From: Zootoca vivipara
Lineage: Eukaryota
Assembly (NCBI RefSeq): GCF_963506605.1
Contig: NC_083282.1
Span: 37,138,001 to 37,202,000 of the forward strand
Length of the DNA: 64,000 nucleotides
Reading direction: 5' to 3'
Both the position numbers and the translations under genes were made by a program. Numbering within the stretch: position 1 is the stretch's first letter; each line of letters begins with the position of its first letter. Shown piece after piece: positions 60,777 through 64,000 of the stretch. The notes beneath the pieces were generated by a model. It was not told the origin of the DNA. It was given only the letters and a program-made list of their open reading frames with translations, and searched no databases.

Positions 60777-62887
60777 TATTGTGCTTTGCTTTGAATTATT
60801 TTGTTTTTTGCACATTATAGTTTATAAGTTGCTTTGAGATGCTAATGCAAAGTGACTAATAAGTTAAATAAATAATAGTAACAACCTGCAAATAGTTAAA
60901 ATGAACAAATTTTCCTGAACCATACTTATGTAAATCAACACAGCAATTGCCCACAAAGAACAAAATGCCAAGTACTTGGTTTTAACGTATGAACAATGCA
61001 AATTTCTGAATCCAAAGAAAAAATTAGACAATTGCTGCTTGCAAACTTTGTAGTCAGCCAGTTCAAACTTTTATTCAGTAAACCAGTGTGCTGGGTACTT
61101 CAGAGCAAACCAAAAGCAGTCAGCCAACCACAGAAAATAGATATGGTACATGCCATCATATAGGCATTTAGAACCTAACAAAAACAAAGGTATCACTGTG
61201 GAACCAGCTTTCCCTCACTCATGTTTCATCCAGGTAACTTTGGGAAATGGAAAGAAGTGAGTCCAGAGGCTGATCCACACAATACCTAATTCAGGGGCTG
61301 GATTATTTCTTCAGCTACATAAGATGGCTTCCCTGATTTGATATTAATTTACTTAATTATTTCTGATAGTGACTGGGAAACAAGGTGGTGTGGTGTGGGT
61401 GTTGCCTTTCACTACAGAAAACATTTTAAGGTCTCAGGCTTAATGATGAGCAGATGAAAATATACAAAAACAAAGTTATGGCTGGGGTGGGGGAAGCACA
61501 GCAACACACACGCAAAAACACAATAGCTCTTGGATGCATTTAAATGCCATTTTTTTCTTTCGTATACCTTTTTATTTTCTGCAGTATAAGCCTGAACATT
61601 ACTTCTACTGCTTGTTACCAGACAACCCTTTGTTTTAAAGGAATGCCCCCCTTTCCTAAACATTACGGCTCCATAGAAATAATGGATAGCCTTTATTATT
61701 GAACAAACCAACTCCCCAGCACTACATCAAGCAGAGACTGAAGCTCCAGGGTTATACTTTGCAGTGGCCCTTATATCTGGGGATGTTGATCTGACAATCC
61801 TTCTTCATCTTTTGAAGTGGTTGCCTGTAAAGGGGCTATTGTATGGCCGTGGTTGAGTTTATAACTTGGATATATCCAACAAAGCCATCTAATTCTGAGA
61901 ATAGAGAGGATTGATGGTTACAGTAAACGGTATAAAAGCTTTTGGAAATCCAAGGAGTTCTGGCTTGTGCACCTCATAACAAGAAATAGCATTGCTGGAC
62001 AGCTTCATCATAATGACAGAAGCAGGGTAATGACCATCACCCTAGTCCTGATAACTGACCCACTAAGGAATATATGGTTCTGTGTACACACAGCATCTTT
62101 ACACCCTCCAGAATTTTTATTTATCATTTGAATACATTGCGTTGCCAAATCTTGTAGCTGTAATTGCAAACTATGAGGCAATGCAAGATTATATTTTCTA
62201 ATTTCACTCCCTGCCTTATCTCATTAGTGCAAGCCTGAGGGAGAACATGCTCACTTCATCCTCCAGAGCCGTTAAATGTCCACTCTAGTTTTTGCTGTCA
62301 TCAGGTGGTTCAAAGGAGCCAAGTACATACATCCCTCCTTTTCCAGGTCTCTTGCCCGAGGGAATGGAAAGGGTAGTAAGACAGCCGCTGGCCAGATGGG
62401 GTAGTCAGTTGCTTCAACAGATGGTCTCCCAATCTATTTTCTGACAAAGCTACTGTTGATCGCACTCCTATGAATTCAGTCCAGGAGGTCAAGAAACTAA
62501 GTTGCTATGGAAATTTCCCTTGCATAATTGCAAGTTGAAAACAGTTAGAATTCATGAGGCAATGCAACTCCATACTCGTCTCATTAAACAGGTGTTGCAT
62601 GTTTCATACTAAGCAGATGCCGTGTTACAAACACTAAAAACCAGCCTCTCGGTCAAGGAAGCATCTCGATTTAAGACATGATTTAAGGGCATTTCTAGGC
62701 TTCCTTGTCCTCAGTAGAATCTGAGCATTCCGTGAAAGTTAACCTCCTAACTACAAGGCTGTACTGACAAACATCCAAACTTCTCCCTCATTGCAAGGGA
62801 ATGCATCCTTCATAGCTACATTCATTTTGTATAACTACTTTGCATACTAACTATCCAGACAGATCTGCTTATTCTCTGAACGTATAG

Positions 62888-63075
62888 GGGGAGGGCTGTA
62901 GTTCAGTGGTAGAGCATCTGAGCTGCATAAAGAAGGACTCAAGTTCCATCCTCTGCATTTCAAAAGAACCGGAAATGTCTCCTGTCTGAAGTCCTGAGAG
63001 CTGCAGCCAGTCAGTATAAACAATACGCAGCGAGATGGACCAATGATCTGACTCAGTATGAGGCAGCATTTTATG
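62888..63075 (+). mobile_element. tRNA(Ala)-headed squamate SINE
   Basis: gggctgtagttcagtggtagagcatctg head; gccagtcagtat...gatggaccaatgatctgactcagtatgaggcagc body. Confidence 0.75.
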
Positions 63076-63362
63076 ATCCCGCCATCATCACATTTCTCCT
63101 GGTTGTTGACAAGAGGCATTGGAAAGAGTTCAAGGAGAGTAGGAGCTAAAAGTTGCTGGCCTCTTACTGAGCAGGTGAAGTGACCCAGTAGTCCTATGGG
63201 CTGATGGAATGGCTGCTGCTATTACTCTTTGGTAGCTCATCTATCCTGCACGTCTTTGTTTGATACAACAGTTTTAAATAGATGTATGAACTGGCCCTAA
63301 ACTAGGCTGGTGTAAGAGAAGCCAATGCAAAAGAAGCAACAAGCGCTTGCTAGCAACCAATA

Positions 63363-63643
63363 CAGTGGTACTTCGGTTTACAAACAGTCCCGTTTACGAA
63401 CGCCTCCATTTACGAATGCCACGGACCTGGAAGTGTTTACATCCAGGTTCCGCAGCGTCGGATGCGCAGACGCGATCTGCGCAGCTCGTGCATATGCAGA
63501 AGCGATCTGCGCAGCGCGTGTGTGCACAGAAGCACTCTAATGGTGCTTCATGCACGTGCAGAAGCGTGCCTTCGGGGAGCGAATGCCTCCGTTTACGAAC
63601 GCCTCCGTGGAACGGATCACGTTCGTAAACCGAGGTTCCACTG
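63363..63643. mobile_element. Tc1/mariner MITE
   Basis: TIRs CAGTGGTACTTCGGTTTAC / GTAAACCGAGGTTCCACTG; TA TSD; internal gcagaagcgatctgc repeats. Confidence 0.85.
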
Positions 63644-64000
63644 TATTGTCGAAAATGATCTTGGAATAAGATTGTAATTCATTTTTAGAGGCTGAAGTTA
63701 AAAGTTTCACAATTAAAATAAGACATGATGTCAGTCTTGTGCAAGTGTGTCGGTCATACTTCCTCTTATCAAAGGTTAGCCTCTACAGTGCTGTGGGGGC
63801 AGGGAGAATCTTAACTAGGAGATACTGAACTAGGATACTAAATTAGGGGATATTGAATAGGAATCCCTTTTTTTTGTTGGTGCATCATCATAGCAGAGAA
63901 ACATACACAAGACAAATACAGCAATGGGGCATGATGGAACTATGGAAATAATACTGCTATATGTTATTGGGTGTGTGTGTCACTCAGATGATTTCCTGGC

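Overview
Vertebrate (squamate, most likely lacertid lizard, judged from Sauria/Squam SINE families) genomic DNA, not prokaryotic. The first ~21 kb hold the last six coding exons of OMA1 (mitochondrial inner-membrane M48 zinc metalloprotease; + strand; all phase-0 GT-AG introns; HELAH motif; stop at 20678). The remaining ~43 kb has no recognisable host coding exon and probably lies toward DAB1 (inferred from amniote synteny). The window is dense in transposons: Sauria SINEs, MIR/Ther1-derived and tRNA-headed SINEs, RTE-BovB, L2, CR1 and L1 fragments, and many Tc1/mariner (TA TSD) and hAT (8-bp TSD) MITEs. The most notable items are (i) a complete 1.2-kb non-autonomous Helitron (30416-31637) whose interior is a ~130-bp minisatellite made of two long GC-rich hairpins per unit, and (ii) a young, 5'-truncated Penelope-like (Neptune-type) retroelement with an uninterrupted RT+GIY-YIG ORF and a hammerhead ribozyme in its 3' end. 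Three further hammerhead-like PLE termini occur elsewhere in the window, one inside an OMA1 intron. Family names come from recalled consensus features; no database search was run.
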